64,000 bases of DNA from Legionella sp. (GCA_030680075.1 JAUXWR010000246.1:785-64784), one strand, 5' to 3'; counted from the stretch's first letter, positions 16,614-29,601 are shown. Numbers and translations are program-made. The notes: generated by a model not told the origin, from the sequence alone.

Positions 16614-18503
16614 TTATCCCTTTTTACTATCAAGATAGGTTAATTGCGAAAAAATACTGCGTAGTTCATTAAGATAAAGATGGATGATTTCTTCTGATAA
16701 ATCGGTATTCAGTAGTTGCTTTTCATAAGATTGCAACAATTTTTTGGTATCAAAATGAGCAAAATTCAACACATTGGTTACGGTGTCGCCACTCACCAGG
16801 TCGTTTATTTCAAACTGACCATCACCTTGTAATTTCACGTCTAACGAGTTGGTGTCACCAAATAAATTATGCAGATTGCCCAAAATTTCTTGATACGCAC
16901 CCACGAGAAAAAAGGCAAGAGCATACGGATTGGCGCTATCATAGACTGGAAGCATCAATGTTGTATCAATGGAGGCGCGCCCGGTGTATTGCTTGAGGGT
17001 GCCATCTGAATCACAGGTCAAATCCTGCAGAATGCTATGCATCATCGGTGGCCTGGTTAATTGGGAAATAGGCGCCACGGGGAAAATTTGCCCTATTGCC
17101 CAGGCATCCGGCAATGATTGAAAAAATGAGAGATTGCAAAAAATTTTAGCGGCCATCCGTTCATTGATGAGCTCACTTAATTTGATATCCACAGGATTTT
17201 GAGGATCGATTCGTTTCTGGATTTCAAAACAAATGGTGGTGAAAAGTTGCTCAACCTTTGCTTTTTCTTCAAGTGTAATTACCCCATGCCCAAACATTGA
17301 ATGCGCTTCTTCAAGCGAATGAGTTGCATAGTGGTAGATTTCACTGGGTGAATGGTTATTCATTGTTTGATAGGTGTCCCAGATATCTCGAATCACATGG
17401 GAGTCATCCTGGGTAATGAGTGGAAGTTCCTGGCTTTTTTTAACGATTTCAACATCAGTAATATTGGTTACTAAAACAGCATGATGCGCTGTTAGTGCGC
17501 GACCTGATTCGGAGATAATATCAGGTTCTGGCATACCCGCTTCTTCACAGAGGTGGCGAATGGCGAGAAGAATATTCATGGCATATTCTTTAGGGCTATA
17601 ATTCATCGAGCAACCGCTGCCCATACGGGTTCCTTCATAATCAACACCGAGCCCACCGCCAACATCAATCGTTCCGATTGGCGCGTGCAAACGACGTAAC
17701 TCGACATAGTAGCGCGCAACTTCCCGCATACAATGACGAATATCATGAATGTTGGCGATTTGTGAGCCTAAATGGCAGTGCATTAATCGAAGGCAATCCA
17801 GGGCGTTATTTTCTTTTAATCGATTGACGACCTCAATAACTTGTTCGGCATTTAAACCAAATTTGGATTTATCCCCGCCAGTATTTTCCCATTTTCCCGC
17901 GCCTTTGCTAACCAGGCGAATGCGCACACCGATGGTGGGTTTAATGTTTAATCGTGCTGACTCTTTAAGAATAATGTCGAGTTCCGAGCGCTTTTCGATA
18001 ACAATAAATACGTTATGACCCATCTGCTGGGCGATGAGCGCGATACGAACATAAGCGCTATCTTTATAACCATTGCAAACAATGGTCGAGAGCGTTTGGC
18101 CGAGCATGCCAATGACGGCCATTAATTCGGGCTTACTGCCTGCTTCAAGGCCGACGGAGTGATGAGGGGCTTTTAACAACTCACGTACAACGCATTGCTC
18201 CTGATTTACTTTGATAGGATAAACAAGTTTATAGCGGCCGCGGTAATCAATTTCCTCGATGGCCTCTGCAAAGGCTTCGTAGAGCTTTCTGACCCTGTCA
18301 TGGAGAATATCAGTGAATCGTATTAATAAAGGCAGCTGTAATCCGGCACGATTGGCGGCATTAACGATGGTTTGTAGTTCTACTCCTGTATCAGCCGGTT
18401 TTTTACCTACTTGGATGTTACCTTGTTCGTTAACCGAAAAATATCCTTCGCCCCAATGAGCAATATTATATAAATTGACTTCCGTTTCTCTAGGCTGGCT
18501 CAT
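16614..18503 (-). CDS. speA: Biosynthetic arginine decarboxylase
   Basis: 629 aa. [15 protein letters not shown]-terminus, PLP-fold motifs ([17 protein letters not shown]), typical SpeA length. Confidence 0.9.
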   Translation of the reverse strand: MSQPRETEVNLYNIAHWGEGYFSVNEQGNIQVGKKPADTGVELQTIVNAANRAGLQLPLLIRFTDILHDRVRKLYEAFAEAIEEIDYRGRYKLVYPIKVNQEQCVVRELLKAPHHSVGLEAGSKPELMAVIGMLGQTLSTIVCNGYKDSAYVRIALIAQQMGHNVFIVIEKRSELDIILKESARLNIKPTIGVRIRLVSKGAGKWENTGGDKSKFGLNAEQVIEVVNRLKENNALDCLRLMHCHLGSQIANIHDIRHCMREVARYYVELRRLHAPIGTIDVGGGLGVDYEGTRMGSGCSMNYSPKEYAMNILLAIRHLCEEAGMPEPDIISESGRALTAHHAVLVTNITDVEIVKKSQELPLITQDDSHVIRDIWDTYQTMNNHSPSEIYHYATHSLEEAHSMFGHGVITLEEKAKVEQLFTTICFEIQKRIDPQNPVDIKLSELINERMAAKIFCNLSFFQSLPDAWAIGQIFPVAPISQLTRPPMMHSILQDLTCDSDGTLKQYTGRASIDTTLMLPVYDSANPYALAFFLVGAYQEILGNLHNLFGDTNSLDVKLQGDGQFEINDLVSGDTVTNVLNFAHFDTKKLLQSYEKQLLNTDLSEEIIHLYLNELRSIFSQLTYLDSKKG

Positions 18504-19366
18504 TAGGGTACTCTCGTGTCAGGTTGATTGGTTTTAACTAATTCATGATAAGTGTGAGGTTGTCTCTGGTTTCTGAAAGGAAATAAACGCCCCCACAAAG
18601 CGCGCTGGCAAAAATCCAGTTCGGCCACTAATACCGCAGGCTCATTACGAGGCGCTTGCACCAATACTTCACCGAACGGGTTGCTGATAAAGCTCTTGCC
18701 ATAAAATTCAAGGCCATCCTCAACGCCAATTCTGTTTACGGCCACGATAAAACAATTGGCCATAATCCCTTGTGCTACCATTATTTTTTGCCACATGGGC
18801 TGGCTGTCAAATCCTGGCGCGGTTGGCTCACCACCAATAGCGGTTGGGTAAACAAGCACTTCAGCACCTTTTAAGCCATAAATGCGCGATAACTCTGGAA
18901 ACCATTGATCATAACAGGTGGGCAACCCAAACTGGTGATGTGCTAATTGATGAACAGGGTAGTCAGAGTCACCGGCTTTAAAATAAAAATCCTCGTGGTA
19001 TTTTTCGCCACTTGGGATATGCTGCTTACGGGTTACGGCGACAAGTTTTCCTGTTTCATCAAAGGCCACTGCCGTATTAAACCCTGCTTTCTCAAAAAGC
19101 GATGCGGTAATGGTTACCTTGGCAGTTTTTGCCATGTGACTCACAAATTGGGCAGTTGGTCCTGTTTCAACTTCTTCCATAAAAGGCGTTCCATCAACAT
19201 CGGGACGTGTGCAAAAATAAGGTGATAAGGTTAACTCTTGCAAACATACGATTTTTGCGCCTTGCCTGGCTGCTGCCATAATACCTGTGGCAAGCTTATC
19301 CTGATGACTATCAGGGTTGTCATGCCATTTTTCCTGTACCAATCCAATGGTTAATTTATCACTCAT
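18503..19366 (-). CDS. aguB: N-carbamoylputrescine amidase (nitrilase superfamily)
   Basis: CN-hydrolase Glu-Lys-Cys contexts (CLQEL, RKQHIP, PTCYDQWFPE). Overlaps the speA stop and start. Confidence 0.85.
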   Translation of the reverse strand: MSDKLTIGLVQEKWHDNPDSHQDKLATGIMAAARQGAKIVCLQELTLSPYFCTRPDVDGTPFMEEVETGPTAQFVSHMAKTAKVTITASLFEKAGFNTAVAFDETGKLVAVTRKQHIPSGEKYHEDFYFKAGDSDYPVHQLAHHQFGLPTCYDQWFPELSRIYGLKGAEVLVYPTAIGGEPTAPGFDSQPMWQKIMVAQGIMANCFIVAVNRIGVEDGLEFYGKSFISNPFGEVLVQAPRNEPAVLVAELDFCQRALWGRLFPFRNQRQPHTYHELVKTNQPDTRVP

Positions 19367-19388
19367 TTTTCCCTCAGTTTGCCATTAT

Positions 19389-19419
19389 TGTAGCCCGGAT
19401 TAGCACAGCGTAATCCGGG
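19389..19419. repeat. REP-like family 2 hairpin
   Basis: tgtagcccggattagcacagcgtaatccggg, between aguB and the liu cluster. Confidence 0.8.
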
Positions 19420-19465
19420 AATCTATCTTAAATTTGTAGTCAGAGATTTTTTCAATGCCAAGGTT

Positions 19466-20371
19466 CTAACACTGATTAGCCAAAAGAGCATTGGCAACTT
19501 TAGACTGATTTTTACGATTAAGCGCTTTACAAATAAGCTCACCTGCTGCGACTACTTTGTAAATATCAACGCCTGTCTCAATACCTAAGCCATGCATTAA
19601 ATAAAGAACATCTTCGGTGGCTACATTGCCCGTGGCACCACGTGCATAGGGGCAGCCACCAAGGCCTGCAACAGCGCTGTCAAAACGCATAACGCCGCAA
19701 TCAAGAGAGGCGACAATGTTGGCAATGGCTTGACCATACGTATCGTGGAAGTGCATGGCAAGGCGCGAAAGGGGTAAGAGTTGTAGAACGCCATTAATGG
19801 CCGCTTTTGTTTGTTTAGGTGTACCCACCCCAATAGTATCGCCAAGGCAAATTTCATCAACACCCAAGCGCAATAGCTGACTGGCGACATCAATGACTTG
19901 TGCCGGCGTTATTGCCCCTTCATAAGGGCAACCAAGTACACAGGAAATATACGCCCTGACAGGAATTTTATGGGCTTTGGCAAGCAGCACAACCGGTTCA
20001 AAACGCGCAATACTCTCTTTAATGGAACAATTGATATTGCGTTGATTAAATGTTTCGCTCGCCGCTGTGAAAACCGCAATTTCTTTAACGTTGACGTTTA
20101 GTGCCTGAATCATGCCGCGTTCATTGGGAACAAGCGCTGAAAAATGAACATCAGCCGGTTTATTAATTGCGCTAAATACCGCCTCATTATCAGCCAGTTG
20201 CGGAATTGCCTTGGCGGATACAAAGCTTGTAACTTCAATATGTTTCAGACCGCTTAAGCTTAAAAGATTGATGAAATCAACTTTAGTTTCGGTTGCAACA
20301 AACGAGGATTCATTTTGCAAACCGTCGCGTGGGCCAACTTCAACTATGGTAACTTGTGAGGGGTAGTCCAT
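19466..20371 (-). CDS. liuE: Hydroxymethylglutaryl-CoA lyase
   Basis: VEVGPRDGLQNE motif, about 300 aa, last gene of the liu order. Confidence 0.9.
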   Translation of the reverse strand: MDYPSQVTIVEVGPRDGLQNESSFVATETKVDFINLLSLSGLKHIEVTSFVSAKAIPQLADNEAVFSAINKPADVHFSALVPNERGMIQALNVNVKEIAVFTAASETFNQRNINCSIKESIARFEPVVLLAKAHKIPVRAYISCVLGCPYEGAITPAQVIDVASQLLRLGVDEICLGDTIGVGTPKQTKAAINGVLQLLPLSRLAMHFHDTYGQAIANIVASLDCGVMRFDSAVAGLGGCPYARGATGNVATEDVLYLMHGLGIETGVDIYKVVAAGELICKALNRKNQSKVANALLANQC

Positions 20372-20386
20372 CTCCGTTCCTAAACG

Positions 20387-22348
20387 TTATTCACCATCAT
20401 TAAGGGTAAGTAATTCCGCACCTTCATTAACCTGTTGCCCTGTTTCATAGAAAAGTTCCGCGAGAAAACCATCTTTAGGCGCGTGAATGGTATGCTCCAT
20501 TTTCATGGCCTCCAGCACAATTAATGGCTCGCCTTTTTTTATAGCATCGCCTGCTTTTTTCAAGATAGCAACTATGGTCGCAGGCATTGGGGCTGTCAAT
20601 TGGCCGCTACCTTGATGGGCGATATCGCTTATACGCTCCCAGCTAAAACGCTCCATAGTAACGGTGCCATTGTCAAAATAAATAGTCAATTGCGACGGGT
20701 GGTTTTCAACCCATGCCCAATAAACTTCTTTTCCATCATTAATAACGAGTTTTTGATTAACAAAGCGCGCGCAAATATTGAATTTCTTATCTGAGAAATC
20801 AATTGTAAACTGGTCACGATTAATGGGCGTGATGTTCATTTCAATGGTCTTGTCGTCTAATAAATAACGCCAGGTCCAGTGAGTTGACAAATGCATTTGC
20901 CAACCAAAGCTCTCAATAAAGAGCGGATCGGTTTCTTCACTGACAAGTGCCAAATAATCATGGCTCGCTGCCATTAAAAGTGCCAAATCTGTGTCGGGCG
21001 TGTCTAAAACAATCGTTTCCTGACTAAGGAAATCAGTGCTTAAATCAGCGGCTATAAAGCGGGGGTGGCTGCAAATCGCTTGCAAAAAAGAAATGTTGGA
21101 TTTAACACCGCCAACCATAAATTGCTTTAACGCCATTTGCAGTCGTTGCAGCGCGCATTCTCGAGTTTCACCATAAGCAATTAATTTCGCTATCATGGGG
21201 TCGTAATACTGACTTATTACTGAATGCAGGGTGACGCCGCTGTCAATGCGAATACCAGAACCTTCAGGTTCTTTTAAAAATTGCAATTCGCCAATGGATG
21301 GGATGAATCCTTGATGAGGGTCTTCTGCGTAAATGCGACACTCTATTGCATGACCTTTCATCTTGATATCGTCTTGCTTTAACGGCAGCGGCAGATTGGC
21401 AGCTATTTTTAATTGCCATTCGACCAAATCAAGGCCGGTTATCATTTCAGTTACCGGGTGTTCAACCTGTAGGCGAGTATTCATTTCCATAAAATAAAAA
21501 TTGTCACTCTTATCGACAAGAAACTCGACCGTACCTGCGCTGCGATAATTAATGGAGCGCGCGACATTACAAGCAGCTTCGGTCAGCTTCTGGCGCAAAT
21601 TTTCGCTTAAATTGGGCGCTGGCGCTTCTTCTATAACTTTTTGATGACGTCTTTGGATGGAACAATCGCGCTCAAAAATATGCACCACATTGCCATGATT
21701 GTCAGCCATCACCTGGACTTCAATATGGCGGGGATTTACAACCAGTTTCTCGATAATCATGGTGTCATCAGCAAAACTTGCCATTGATTCTCGACGGGCA
21801 CCCGCTAAAGCTTGAGAAAAGTCCGCTTCATTTTGCACCGCCCGCATGCCTTTACCGCCGCCACCGTTTGCCGCTTTTAAGAGCACCGGAAAACCTATGC
21901 GTACTGCTTCTTTTAACAAGCGCGCGTCAGATTGTTCATTACCGTGATAGCCAGGTGTTAGAGGAACATGGGTTTTTTCAAGGAGTTGTTTGGCAAGCTT
22001 TTTGGAGGCCATTGCCTCCATCGCGTCAATAGAGGGACCTATAAAAATAATATCCGCATCAAGACAGGCTTTGGCAAATGCAGGATTCTCCGATAAAAAG
22101 CCATAGCCCGGGTGAATCGCCTTTGCCCCACTTTTTTTAGCAATAGCAATAATGGCCGGGATATTGAGGTAGCTATCTTTGGCGAGCGCCTCACCTACCC
22201 AGTAGGCTTCTGATGCCTGTTGTACGTGCAAGCTATTTTTATCTACCGTGGAATATATCGCAACCGTCTCAATACCCATTTTGTTGGCGGTATTAATGAC
22301 GCGACATGCAATTTCACCTCGATTTGCGATGAGAATTTTATTAAACAT
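20387..22348 (-). CDS. liuD: 3-methylcrotonyl-CoA carboxylase alpha subunit (biotin carboxylase + BCCP)
   Basis: ATP-grasp biotin carboxylase N-terminus ([13 protein letters not shown]). C-terminal biotinyl-lysine motif EAMKMEH. Confidence 0.9.
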   Translation of the reverse strand: MFNKILIANRGEIACRVINTANKMGIETVAIYSTVDKNSLHVQQASEAYWVGEALAKDSYLNIPAIIAIAKKSGAKAIHPGYGFLSENPAFAKACLDADIIFIGPSIDAMEAMASKKLAKQLLEKTHVPLTPGYHGNEQSDARLLKEAVRIGFPVLLKAANGGGGKGMRAVQNEADFSQALAGARRESMASFADDTMIIEKLVVNPRHIEVQVMADNHGNVVHIFERDCSIQRRHQKVIEEAPAPNLSENLRQKLTEAACNVARSINYRSAGTVEFLVDKSDNFYFMEMNTRLQVEHPVTEMITGLDLVEWQLKIAANLPLPLKQDDIKMKGHAIECRIYAEDPHQGFIPSIGELQFLKEPEGSGIRIDSGVTLHSVISQYYDPMIAKLIAYGETRECALQRLQMALKQFMVGGVKSNISFLQAICSHPRFIAADLSTDFLSQETIVLDTPDTDLALLMAASHDYLALVSEETDPLFIESFGWQMHLSTHWTWRYLLDDKTIEMNITPINRDQFTIDFSDKKFNICARFVNQKLVINDGKEVYWAWVENHPSQLTIYFDNGTVTMERFSWERISDIAHQGSGQLTAPMPATIVAILKKAGDAIKKGEPLIVLEAMKMEHTIHAPKDGFLAELFYETGQQVNEGAELLTLNDGE

Positions 22349-22356
22349 GAAAATTC

Positions 22357-23133
22357 CTAATTCCAGTTAGGTGTTTCTTTATTAAGAAAAGCATGTAAAC
22401 CAAGCTGTCCTTCACGGGAAACGCGTTTTTTTGCAATGAGAGAGGCTGTTTCCTGACATAGTTGATCATCAATGGTCTCACCGCTCACTTTTGCTACCAA
22501 TGCTTTGCAATCTACAACCGCTTCAGGGGCAAACTTTGTAATTTTTTCGGCATAATCGAGGGCAAAAGGCCATAATTCATCCCCATTAACACAGTGCTGA
22601 ACCAAATGCAGATGCTTTGCCTGTTCAGCATCGAAGATTTCAGCAGTCATAAATAACCATTTGGCCGCGCGCTCCCCAATGGCTTTGACCACATAAGGGC
22701 TAATAACCGCAGGGATTATGCCAAGTTTCACTTCCGAAAAACAAAAACGAGCGTTAGTTGCGGCAATAGCAATATCACACGCCGCAACGAGTCCCGCACC
22801 ACCGCCCATGGCGGAACCTTGCACCACTGCAATAGTGGGTTTGGGGCAGTCGTACAGTGTGCGCATCAAGCGCGCCAATACCATGGCATCAGCAATGTTT
22901 TCCTCTTCACTGTAGTTTGCCATTCGTTGCATCCAGCTTAAATCAGCCCCTGCTGAAAAATGTTTTCCATTTGCTCTAAGGACTATAACCCGTACCTGGG
23001 GGTCTGCAATAGCTCCATCTAATGTCAACTGTAAGCTCTTTAAAAGAGCATCATCAAATGCGTTATGTTTGGTGATACGGTTAAGCGTCAGAATAAAAAC
23101 TTTATCATGAAGCTCACTTAATAAATCACTCAT
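22357..23133 (-). CDS. liuC: Methylglutaconyl-CoA hydratase (crotonase family)
   Basis: Enoyl-CoA hydratase motifs ([18 protein letters not shown]), positioned between the two MCCase subunits. Confidence 0.85.
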   Translation of the reverse strand: MSDLLSELHDKVFILTLNRITKHNAFDDALLKSLQLTLDGAIADPQVRVIVLRANGKHFSAGADLSWMQRMANYSEEENIADAMVLARLMRTLYDCPKPTIAVVQGSAMGGGAGLVAACDIAIAATNARFCFSEVKLGIIPAVISPYVVKAIGERAAKWLFMTAEIFDAEQAKHLHLVQHCVNGDELWPFALDYAEKITKFAPEAVVDCKALVAKVSGETIDDQLCQETASLIAKKRVSREGQLGLHAFLNKETPNWN

Positions 23134-23173
23134 TCATTTCTCCTTTAAAACCATTTACACGTTGTCTCGCAGG

Positions 23174-24781
23174 TTACATTCGAAAGACGCCATATTGGGT
23201 GGGAAGGATTGGCGCATTCAATGCGGCTGATAAGCTTAGTCCCAGAATTTTACGAGTATCTTCCGGGGCTATAACGCCATCATCCCAAAGTCTGGCGCTT
23301 GCATAGTAGGGGTTTCCCTGTGCCTCATATTGACAGCGTAGTTGTTCCTTGAATACCTCTTCTTCCGCGGCAGGCCATGTTATACCCATTTTGGCTTGTT
23401 TTTCCTTATTGACTTGCGCCAATACATTTGCCGCTTGCTCACCGCCCATAACCGAGATGCGGGCATTGGGCCAAGACCATAGAAATCGTGGATCAAACGC
23501 ACGTCCGCACATGGCGTAGTTGCCGGCGCCAAAACTGCCGCCCACGATGACGGTGAGTTTGGGAACAGACGTATTGGCGACAGCCGTTACCATTTTGGCG
23601 CCATGCTTTGCGATGCCTGCGGCTTCGTACTTGCTGCCTACCATAAAGCCTGTAATATTTTGCAAAAACACTAAAGGAATATTGCGCTGTGAGCAAAGTT
23701 CAATAAAGTGCGCGCCTTTTAAAGCGCTTTCACCAAAGAGGATGCCATTATTGGCAATAATTCCCACAGGAAACCCAAATAAATGAGCAAAGCCACAGAC
23801 AAGCGTTGTTCCAAAAAGGGCTTTGAATTCATCAAGCTCCGAGCCATCCACGATTCTTGCAATAATCTCGCGGATATCGAAGGGCTTTCGCGGATCAGCA
23901 GGCACTATGCCATTTAATTCCTGGGCGGCATAAAGTGGCTCGCGGCTTGCAATTCGCTGAACGGTTTCCGGTTTTTTACGGTTTAAATAACCAATGGCGG
24001 TGCGAGCAATATCCAGTGCATGCGCGTCATTTTCGGCATAATGATCAGCAACACCGGATTTACGGCAGTGCACTTCAGCCCCTCCCAATTCTTCGGCGCT
24101 GATGACCTCTCCGGTCGCGGCCTTTACAAGTGGGGGACCACCTAAAAAAATGGTAGCCTGATTTTTAACCATAATCGATTCATCAGCCATGGCCGGAACG
24201 TAAGCACCACCGGCGGTACAAGAACCCATAACCACCGCTATTTGCGGAATGTTTAATGCAGAGAGATTCGCCTGATTATAAAAAATACGCCCGAAGTGTT
24301 CGCGATCTGGAAATACATCATCTTGTTTGGGCAGAAAAGCGCCACCTGAATCAACCAGATAAACACAAGGTAGATGATTGGCTTTGGCAATCTCTTGTGC
24401 GCGTAAATGTTTTTTAACGGTGAGGGGGTAATAAGTTCCGCCCTTAACCGTTGCATCGTTTACTACTATCACACATTCAATTTCTTTAATGCGACCAATT
24501 CCGGTGATAATTCCTGCGCCAGGAACATTGTCATCATAGACTTCATAAGCGGCTAATTGAGAGAATTCAAGAAAAGGGCTGCCAGGGTCTAATAATTGTT
24601 GCAAGCGTTGGCGCGGCAAGAGTTTGCCATGTTTTAAATGCCGTTGACGTGCTGACTCATCGCCGCCTGCTGAAATGAGTTTAACGGTTTCTTGCAGTTT
24701 GCTGACTAAAGCCTGCATAGTGGATTCGTTTAGTTTAAATTCGCTGCTGCCTGGATGAATCTGGCTAATGATTTTCGTCAT
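23174..24781 (-). CDS. liuB: 3-methylcrotonyl-CoA carboxylase beta subunit (carboxyltransferase)
   Basis: 535 aa. Two carboxyltransferase subdomains ([30 protein letters not shown]). Confidence 0.9.
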   Translation of the reverse strand: MTKIISQIHPGSSEFKLNESTMQALVSKLQETVKLISAGGDESARQRHLKHGKLLPRQRLQQLLDPGSPFLEFSQLAAYEVYDDNVPGAGIITGIGRIKEIECVIVVNDATVKGGTYYPLTVKKHLRAQEIAKANHLPCVYLVDSGGAFLPKQDDVFPDREHFGRIFYNQANLSALNIPQIAVVMGSCTAGGAYVPAMADESIMVKNQATIFLGGPPLVKAATGEVISAEELGGAEVHCRKSGVADHYAENDAHALDIARTAIGYLNRKKPETVQRIASREPLYAAQELNGIVPADPRKPFDIREIIARIVDGSELDEFKALFGTTLVCGFAHLFGFPVGIIANNGILFGESALKGAHFIELCSQRNIPLVFLQNITGFMVGSKYEAAGIAKHGAKMVTAVANTSVPKLTVIVGGSFGAGNYAMCGRAFDPRFLWSWPNARISVMGGEQAANVLAQVNKEKQAKMGITWPAAEEEVFKEQLRCQYEAQGNPYYASARLWDDGVIAPEDTRKILGLSLSAALNAPILPTQYGVFRM

Positions 24782-24789
24782 GAAAGTTC

Positions 24790-25110
24790 TCAGTGGATCA
24801 ATACGTTACTTAAAATAATCACTAACCACAAACACCAGGTCAGTTCAATAAAATAAGGCATGTTTTTGCCTTTAATCAAGCGATACACCAAAGCTGGAAT
24901 GGCTGCTATCAAAATCGGGATTAACACCAAAAGAAGTACTTTGCTAATAATGCTTCCAATACCGCCCTGATTAAATATGGGCGACAAGTGTAGATTAATG
25001 TAGCTATAGAAGAGATCAATATAAACAATGATGACATGAATATATTTGGCGAAAATCACGACCAGAATACTTAAAAGCAGGTAAACAATACTTTGTCGAA
25101 ACATATACAT
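24790..25110 (-). CDS. Small integral membrane protein, three predicted TM helices, unknown function
   Basis: 106 aa, almost entirely hydrophobic segments. Sits 8 nt downstream of... upstream of liuB start, in the same orientation. Confidence 0.45.
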   Translation of the reverse strand: MYMFRQSIVYLLLSILVVIFAKYIHVIIVYIDLFYSYINLHLSPIFNQGGIGSIISKVLLLVLIPILIAAIPALVYRLIKGKNMPYFIELTWCLWLVIILSNVLIH

Positions 25111-25182
25111 CCTATTTTTGTTTTTATTTACGATAAATCACAGTACACGTCATCTTGAACGAATTTACGTCATCCCGAACGA

Positions 25183-25232
25183 AGTGAGAGATCCCTTGCA
25201 TGGCACTTTGCAACATCAAAGGGATCCTCACT
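25183..25232. repeat. Palindromic intergenic element (agtgagagatccctt ... aagggatcctcact)
   Basis: 14-15 bp arms with one indel around a ~21-nt loop. The upstream gtcatcccgaacgaagtgag resembles the cgtcattgcgag family at 47159-47174. Confidence 0.6.
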
Positions 25233-25319
25233 ACGTCTTCCAAATAGCAGGCAGCCCCGCGCCCATGCCAGAAATTTTTGTAAATATTGACGCATGAGCG
25301 TGGGAGAGAGTTAAGCAGT

Positions 25320-26504
25320 CTACACCAACTCCAATGCCATAGCCGTAGCCTCGCCACCGCCAATACATAAAGCCGCAACCCCTCGGGTCTTATGCTCACG
25401 TTTTAACGCATGAATTAGTGTCACCAGAATACGCGCACCGGATGCACCAATAGGATGACCCAATGCACAGGCTCCCCCATGAATATTCACTTTATCGACA
25501 TCCAATTCCAGCTCTTTGATGGCCGCCATTGCAACAACCGCAAAGGCTTCATTAATTTCATATAAATCAACATCAGCCTGATTCCAGCCAGCTTTAAGCA
25601 TTACCTGGCGAATGGCCTCTACAGGTGCTGTGGTAAACCATTGGGGCTCTTGTGCATGGCTTGCATGAGCGACAATACGGGCTAATGGGGTTAATCCTCG
25701 TTTTTTTGCCTCGGCGTAACTCATCAAAATCAAACTTGCCGCGCCATCCGAAATTGAGCTGGAATTAGCTGCAGTAACGGTGCCATCTGCTTTGAAAGCC
25801 GCGCGTAATTGAGGAATTTTGGCAAGCTTGCTTTCGTCTGGGCCTTCGTCTTTATTGACGGTAATATTACCTTTACGATCGGTAATGACCACAGGTGCAA
25901 TTTCTGCAGCGAAAGCGTTATCCTGCCCGGCCTTCAAAGCACGGTTCATTGAGCGCACAGCATACTCATCTTGCTGACTGCGGCTAAAATTATAATGTTC
26001 AGCCGTGGCTTCTGCGAAAACGCCCATCAGTTTACCGCGATCGTAGGCGTCTTCGAGCCCATCAAGAAACATGTGGTCTTTAAGCTCTCCATGGCCTAAT
26101 CGATAGCCAGAACGGGCTTTGGGCAGTAGGTAAGGCGCATTGCTCATGCTTTCCATACCACTGGCAAGAACAACATTGGCGCTACCGGCTTTGATTAAAT
26201 CATGGCCAAACATCACTGCTTTCATGCCGGAGCCACACATTTTATTGATAGTAGTGGCGCCCGCGGAATCGGGAATACCGGCTTTTATTGCGGCCTGGCG
26301 CCCTGGTGCCTGCCCAATCCCGGCCTGCAATACACAACCGGTTATTACTTCGTCGATATCAGCAGGGGATATGCCTGCTTCTTCAATAGCTGCAAGGTGT
26401 GCGATTGCGCCTAACTCGGGCGCTGATAAAGAGGATAAAGAGCCGAGCATCCCGCCCATTGGTGTTCTTTTGGCTGCAACAATAACAACATCATTTGATT
26501 CCAT
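25320..26504 (-). CDS. Acetyl-CoA C-acetyltransferase (thiolase II)
   Basis: NKMCGSGMKAV active-site Cys, NIHGGACALGHPIGASGARI, CIGGGEA. Confidence 0.9.
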   Translation of the reverse strand: MESNDVVIVAAKRTPMGGMLGSLSSLSAPELGAIAHLAAIEEAGISPADIDEVITGCVLQAGIGQAPGRQAAIKAGIPDSAGATTINKMCGSGMKAVMFGHDLIKAGSANVVLASGMESMSNAPYLLPKARSGYRLGHGELKDHMFLDGLEDAYDRGKLMGVFAEATAEHYNFSRSQQDEYAVRSMNRALKAGQDNAFAAEIAPVVITDRKGNITVNKDEGPDESKLAKIPQLRAAFKADGTVTAANSSSISDGAASLILMSYAEAKKRGLTPLARIVAHASHAQEPQWFTTAPVEAIRQVMLKAGWNQADVDLYEINEAFAVVAMAAIKELELDVDKVNIHGGACALGHPIGASGARILVTLIHALKREHKTRGVAALCIGGGEATAMALELV

Positions 26505-26515
26505 GGTTAATTTCC

Positions 26516-27676
26516 TTATGCAGTTTCTTTAAAAAGTTCACGTCCAATTAGCATACGCCTGATTTCCGACGTACCCGCCCCAATTTCATAAAGCTTGGCA
26601 TCCCGAAGCAAACGCCCTGTCGGGTATTCATTGATATAGCCATTACCGCCCAGGATTTGGATGGCTTGCAATGCCATTTGTGTAGCACGTTCTGATGCAT
26701 ATAAAATCACGCCAGCGGCGTCTTTCCGGCTAACCAGCCCTTGATCGCACGCTCTGGCAACAGTATAAAGATAAGCCCTGGATGCGCTTAATTCGGTATA
26801 CATGTCGGCAAGTTTTCCCTGGATAAACTGAAACTCACCAATAGCTTCACCAAATTGTTTGCGCTCATGTACGTAAGGCAAAACCACATCCATACAAGCT
26901 TGCATGATGCCAATAGGGCCTGCCGCAAGGACTGTGCGTTCATAATCAAGGCCACTCATTAATACGCGTGCACCCTGGTTGATTTTGCCAAGGATATTTT
27001 CCACCGGCACTTCACATTCATCAAACACCAGTTCACAGGTATTAGAACCGCGCATACCCAGTTTATCGAGTTTTTGTGCTGTACTGAATCCTTTGAAGCC
27101 TTTTTCGATAATAAAGGCAGTAATTCCTTTGCTTCCGGCATGTTTATCGGTTTTTGCATATACCACCAGCACATCTGCATCGGGGCCGTTGGTTATCCAC
27201 ATTTTTGTGCCGCTCAAGATGAATTTATCACCGGCTTCCCGGGCACTTAATTGCATGCTTACTACATCAGAGCCTGAGTTTGACTCGCTCATGGCTAAAG
27301 CGCCAATATACTCGCCGCTGATTAATTTTGGTAAATAAGAGTCTCTTTGCAGGGCATTTCCATTGAGATAAATCTGATTGACGCACAAGTTGGAGTGCGC
27401 CCCATAACTTAGGCCAATAGAGGCGGAAGCACGGGAAATTTCTTCCATGGCGATAACATGGGCAAGATAACCCATATTAGCCCCACCGTATTCTTCACTA
27501 ACAGTGATTCCTAATAAACCCATCTCACCAAATTTTCGCCACAAATGATTGGGGAAGGCGTTATCTTCATCAACTTTGGCCGCTAATGGCGCTATTTCCT
27601 GATGCGCAAACTGATAAACGCTGTCACGCAAAAGATCATAAGTTTCACCGAGGTGATAATGTAAGCCTGTATGCAT
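26516..27676 (-). CDS. liuA: Isovaleryl-CoA dehydrogenase
   Basis: 386-aa ACAD with [20 protein letters not shown]-terminus, first in the liuA-(thiolase)-liuBCDE order. Confidence 0.85.
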   Translation of the reverse strand: MHTGLHYHLGETYDLLRDSVYQFAHQEIAPLAAKVDEDNAFPNHLWRKFGEMGLLGITVSEEYGGANMGYLAHVIAMEEISRASASIGLSYGAHSNLCVNQIYLNGNALQRDSYLPKLISGEYIGALAMSESNSGSDVVSMQLSAREAGDKFILSGTKMWITNGPDADVLVVYAKTDKHAGSKGITAFIIEKGFKGFSTAQKLDKLGMRGSNTCELVFDECEVPVENILGKINQGARVLMSGLDYERTVLAAGPIGIMQACMDVVLPYVHERKQFGEAIGEFQFIQGKLADMYTELSASRAYLYTVARACDQGLVSRKDAAGVILYASERATQMALQAIQILGGNGYINEYPTGRLLRDAKLYEIGAGTSEIRRMLIGRELFKETA

Positions 27677-27795
27677 AGATGACTTCCTGTTACTTTAGCA
27701 AATAGGCTAGACTATACCCAATCAAATTCAAGTTGCAACTTCATTTTGTGGTGAAACGCGATTTTAGCGCAATGGGTTCAGTTAAGGAGTTAATC

Positions 27796-28494
27796 ATGAG
27801 TAATCTGGTTTTGTGGGGGCATCATATTGATGAATATCAAGAGATGTTTGATTTAACTCCTGCACAACTTGACGGCAAGTTCCTGGAGTACAGCAGTGGA
27901 CCCAGTGCGTTTAATGCAGAGATGCGACAAAGAGGAAAAAACTGCATCAGTTGTGATCCTTTATATACATTGGATAAAGCAACATTAACGTCGAAAACGG
28001 CATTAATATTTGCTGATATGGCAGAGAAAGTGCAGAGAGAAGAGGATAAATTTGATTTTAGTAAATACGGTAATATAGACGGCCTGATTGAAAAAAGACA
28101 AGCGGGAATGGCTGTTTTCTTTGCTGATTATCTGGCAGGGAAAAAAGAAAAGCGTTATGTGCCGATTCATGACATCACGTTGCCATTTCCCGATTTTTCG
28201 TTTGATTTAGCCATCAGTTCGCACTATTTATTTGGGGAAATAGAAAATCAGGATTTGGATTTCCATCTTCAGGTACTTAAAGAGTTAGCGCGCGTGGCTA
28301 AAGAAGTACGTGTTTTTCCATTAATAGATCGCAATGGGAAACCGTCACCATTTTTAGGGCCGGTTCTCCTTGGTTTACAAAAAGATAATTATGGAGTGGA
28401 AGTACGCAGTGTAGATTATCACTTGCAACCAAAAGGAAATGCGATGCTCAGGATTTGGGCACAAGAATGCCGCCTTGGGGATGACGCTCAATGA
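27796..28494 (+). CDS. Hypothetical protein, possibly a class I SAM-dependent methyltransferase fold
   Basis: Start set at ATG 27796, after aaggag at 27784-27789. Only a weak motif-I-like [11 protein letters not shown]. 4-nt overlap with pyrD. Confidence 0.35.
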   Translation: MSNLVLWGHHIDEYQEMFDLTPAQLDGKFLEYSSGPSAFNAEMRQRGKNCISCDPLYTLDKATLTSKTALIFADMAEKVQREEDKFDFSKYGNIDGLIEKRQAGMAVFFADYLAGKKEKRYVPIHDITLPFPDFSFDLAISSHYLFGEIENQDLDFHLQVLKELARVAKEVRVFPLIDRNGKPSPFLGPVLLGLQKDNYGVEVRSVDYHLQPKGNAMLRIWAQECRLGDDAQ

Positions 28495-29534
28495 GACGTT
28501 CACTGTATGCATTAACTCGCCCATTGCTATTTAGTCTTGATGCTGAAAAAGCGCATAAACTGACCCTCGAGGCCTTGCACTGGCTGCCGTCCAGTCTTTT
28601 TAAGGTACCAAAAACTACCACGACTATTTCCGCTATGGGCATTAATTTTCCTCATGCTATAGGTCTTGCGGCCGGATTGGATAAAAATGGCGAGCATCTG
28701 GACGCATTAAGTAAATTGGGTTTTTCTTTTATCGAATTAGGGACAGTGACCCCGCGAGCGCAAGCAGGCAACCCATTGCCGCGTCTTTTTCGCTTGCCAG
28801 AGGCAGGCGCCATCATTAATCGTATGGGCTTTAATAATGCAGGTGTTGAGGCATTGGTTGCCAATGTACGTAAGGCAAATTACCGTGGCGTTTTGGGGAT
28901 TAATATTGGCAAAAATAAAGATACCTCTTTAAACAACGCCGCCGATGATTATCTTTTTTGTTTAAAAAAAGTATATGAACAGGCATCTTATGTGACCATT
29001 AATATTTCATCACCGAACACTCCTGATTTACGTCAGTTACAACAAGATGGGTATTTGCCAAATTTGCTACAGCAATTATCAGATGAGCAAAAAAGGCTGC
29101 AAGATAGGTATCAACGGCAAGTGCCGTTAGTGGTTAAATTTTCTCCCGATGAAGAGGATGAAGCGCTAAAAAAAATGGCTGAATCCGTATTAAAAACTAA
29201 TATAGCCGGCATAATCGCAACCAACACGACCTGCTCCCGTGATGGTGTACAAGGATTGCAAAATAGTGACGAGACAGGCGGTTTAAGTGGCAAGCCTTTA
29301 TTTCAGCGCTCAACGAGGTGCCTTTCTGTTTTAAAAGAAATAGTAGGGGAGGCGGTAACCTTGATAGGAGTAGGCGGGATTGATGATGTGCAAACCGCGA
29401 CACAAAAATTGCAAGCAGGTGCCTCTTTATTGCAGGTGTATACGGGTTTAATCTATCAAGGGCCAGGGTTAGTCACAAAATTAGCCGAGGCTCTGTCAAA
29501 AAAATCAAACGTAGCCCGGATTAGCGAAGCGTAA
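28491..29534 (+). CDS. pyrD: Dihydroorotate dehydrogenase (quinone)
   Basis: Class 2 DHODH N-terminus ([19 protein letters not shown]), [29 protein letters not shown]. Confidence 0.9.
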   Translation: MRRSLYALTRPLLFSLDAEKAHKLTLEALHWLPSSLFKVPKTTTTISAMGINFPHAIGLAAGLDKNGEHLDALSKLGFSFIELGTVTPRAQAGNPLPRLFRLPEAGAIINRMGFNNAGVEALVANVRKANYRGVLGINIGKNKDTSLNNAADDYLFCLKKVYEQASYVTINISSPNTPDLRQLQQDGYLPNLLQQLSDEQKRLQDRYQRQVPLVVKFSPDEEDEALKKMAESVLKTNIAGIIATNTTCSRDGVQGLQNSDETGGLSGKPLFQRSTRCLSVLKEIVGEAVTLIGVGGIDDVQTATQKLQAGASLLQVYTGLIYQGPGLVTKLAEALSKKSNVARISEA

Positions 29535-29601
29535 TCCGGGGAGCTTATACCGACCGGGAACATCGATAACCCCGGATTACGCTGCGCTAATCCGGGCTAC
29601 A
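29511..29601. repeat. Two inverted copies of REP-like family 2 (29511-29540 and 29570-29601)
   Basis: gtagcccggattagcgaagcgtaatccggg and ccccggattacgctgcgctaatccgggctaca. The first copy encodes the last 8 codons and the stop of pyrD. Confidence 0.8.

Noticed and set aside
25124-25399. A 91-aa ORF between the small membrane protein gene and the thiolase gene.
   Set aside because: It overlaps the 3' end of the thiolase CDS in another frame. Otherwise it is encoded by a palindromic intergenic repeat. It has no RBS or motif and is most likely spurious.
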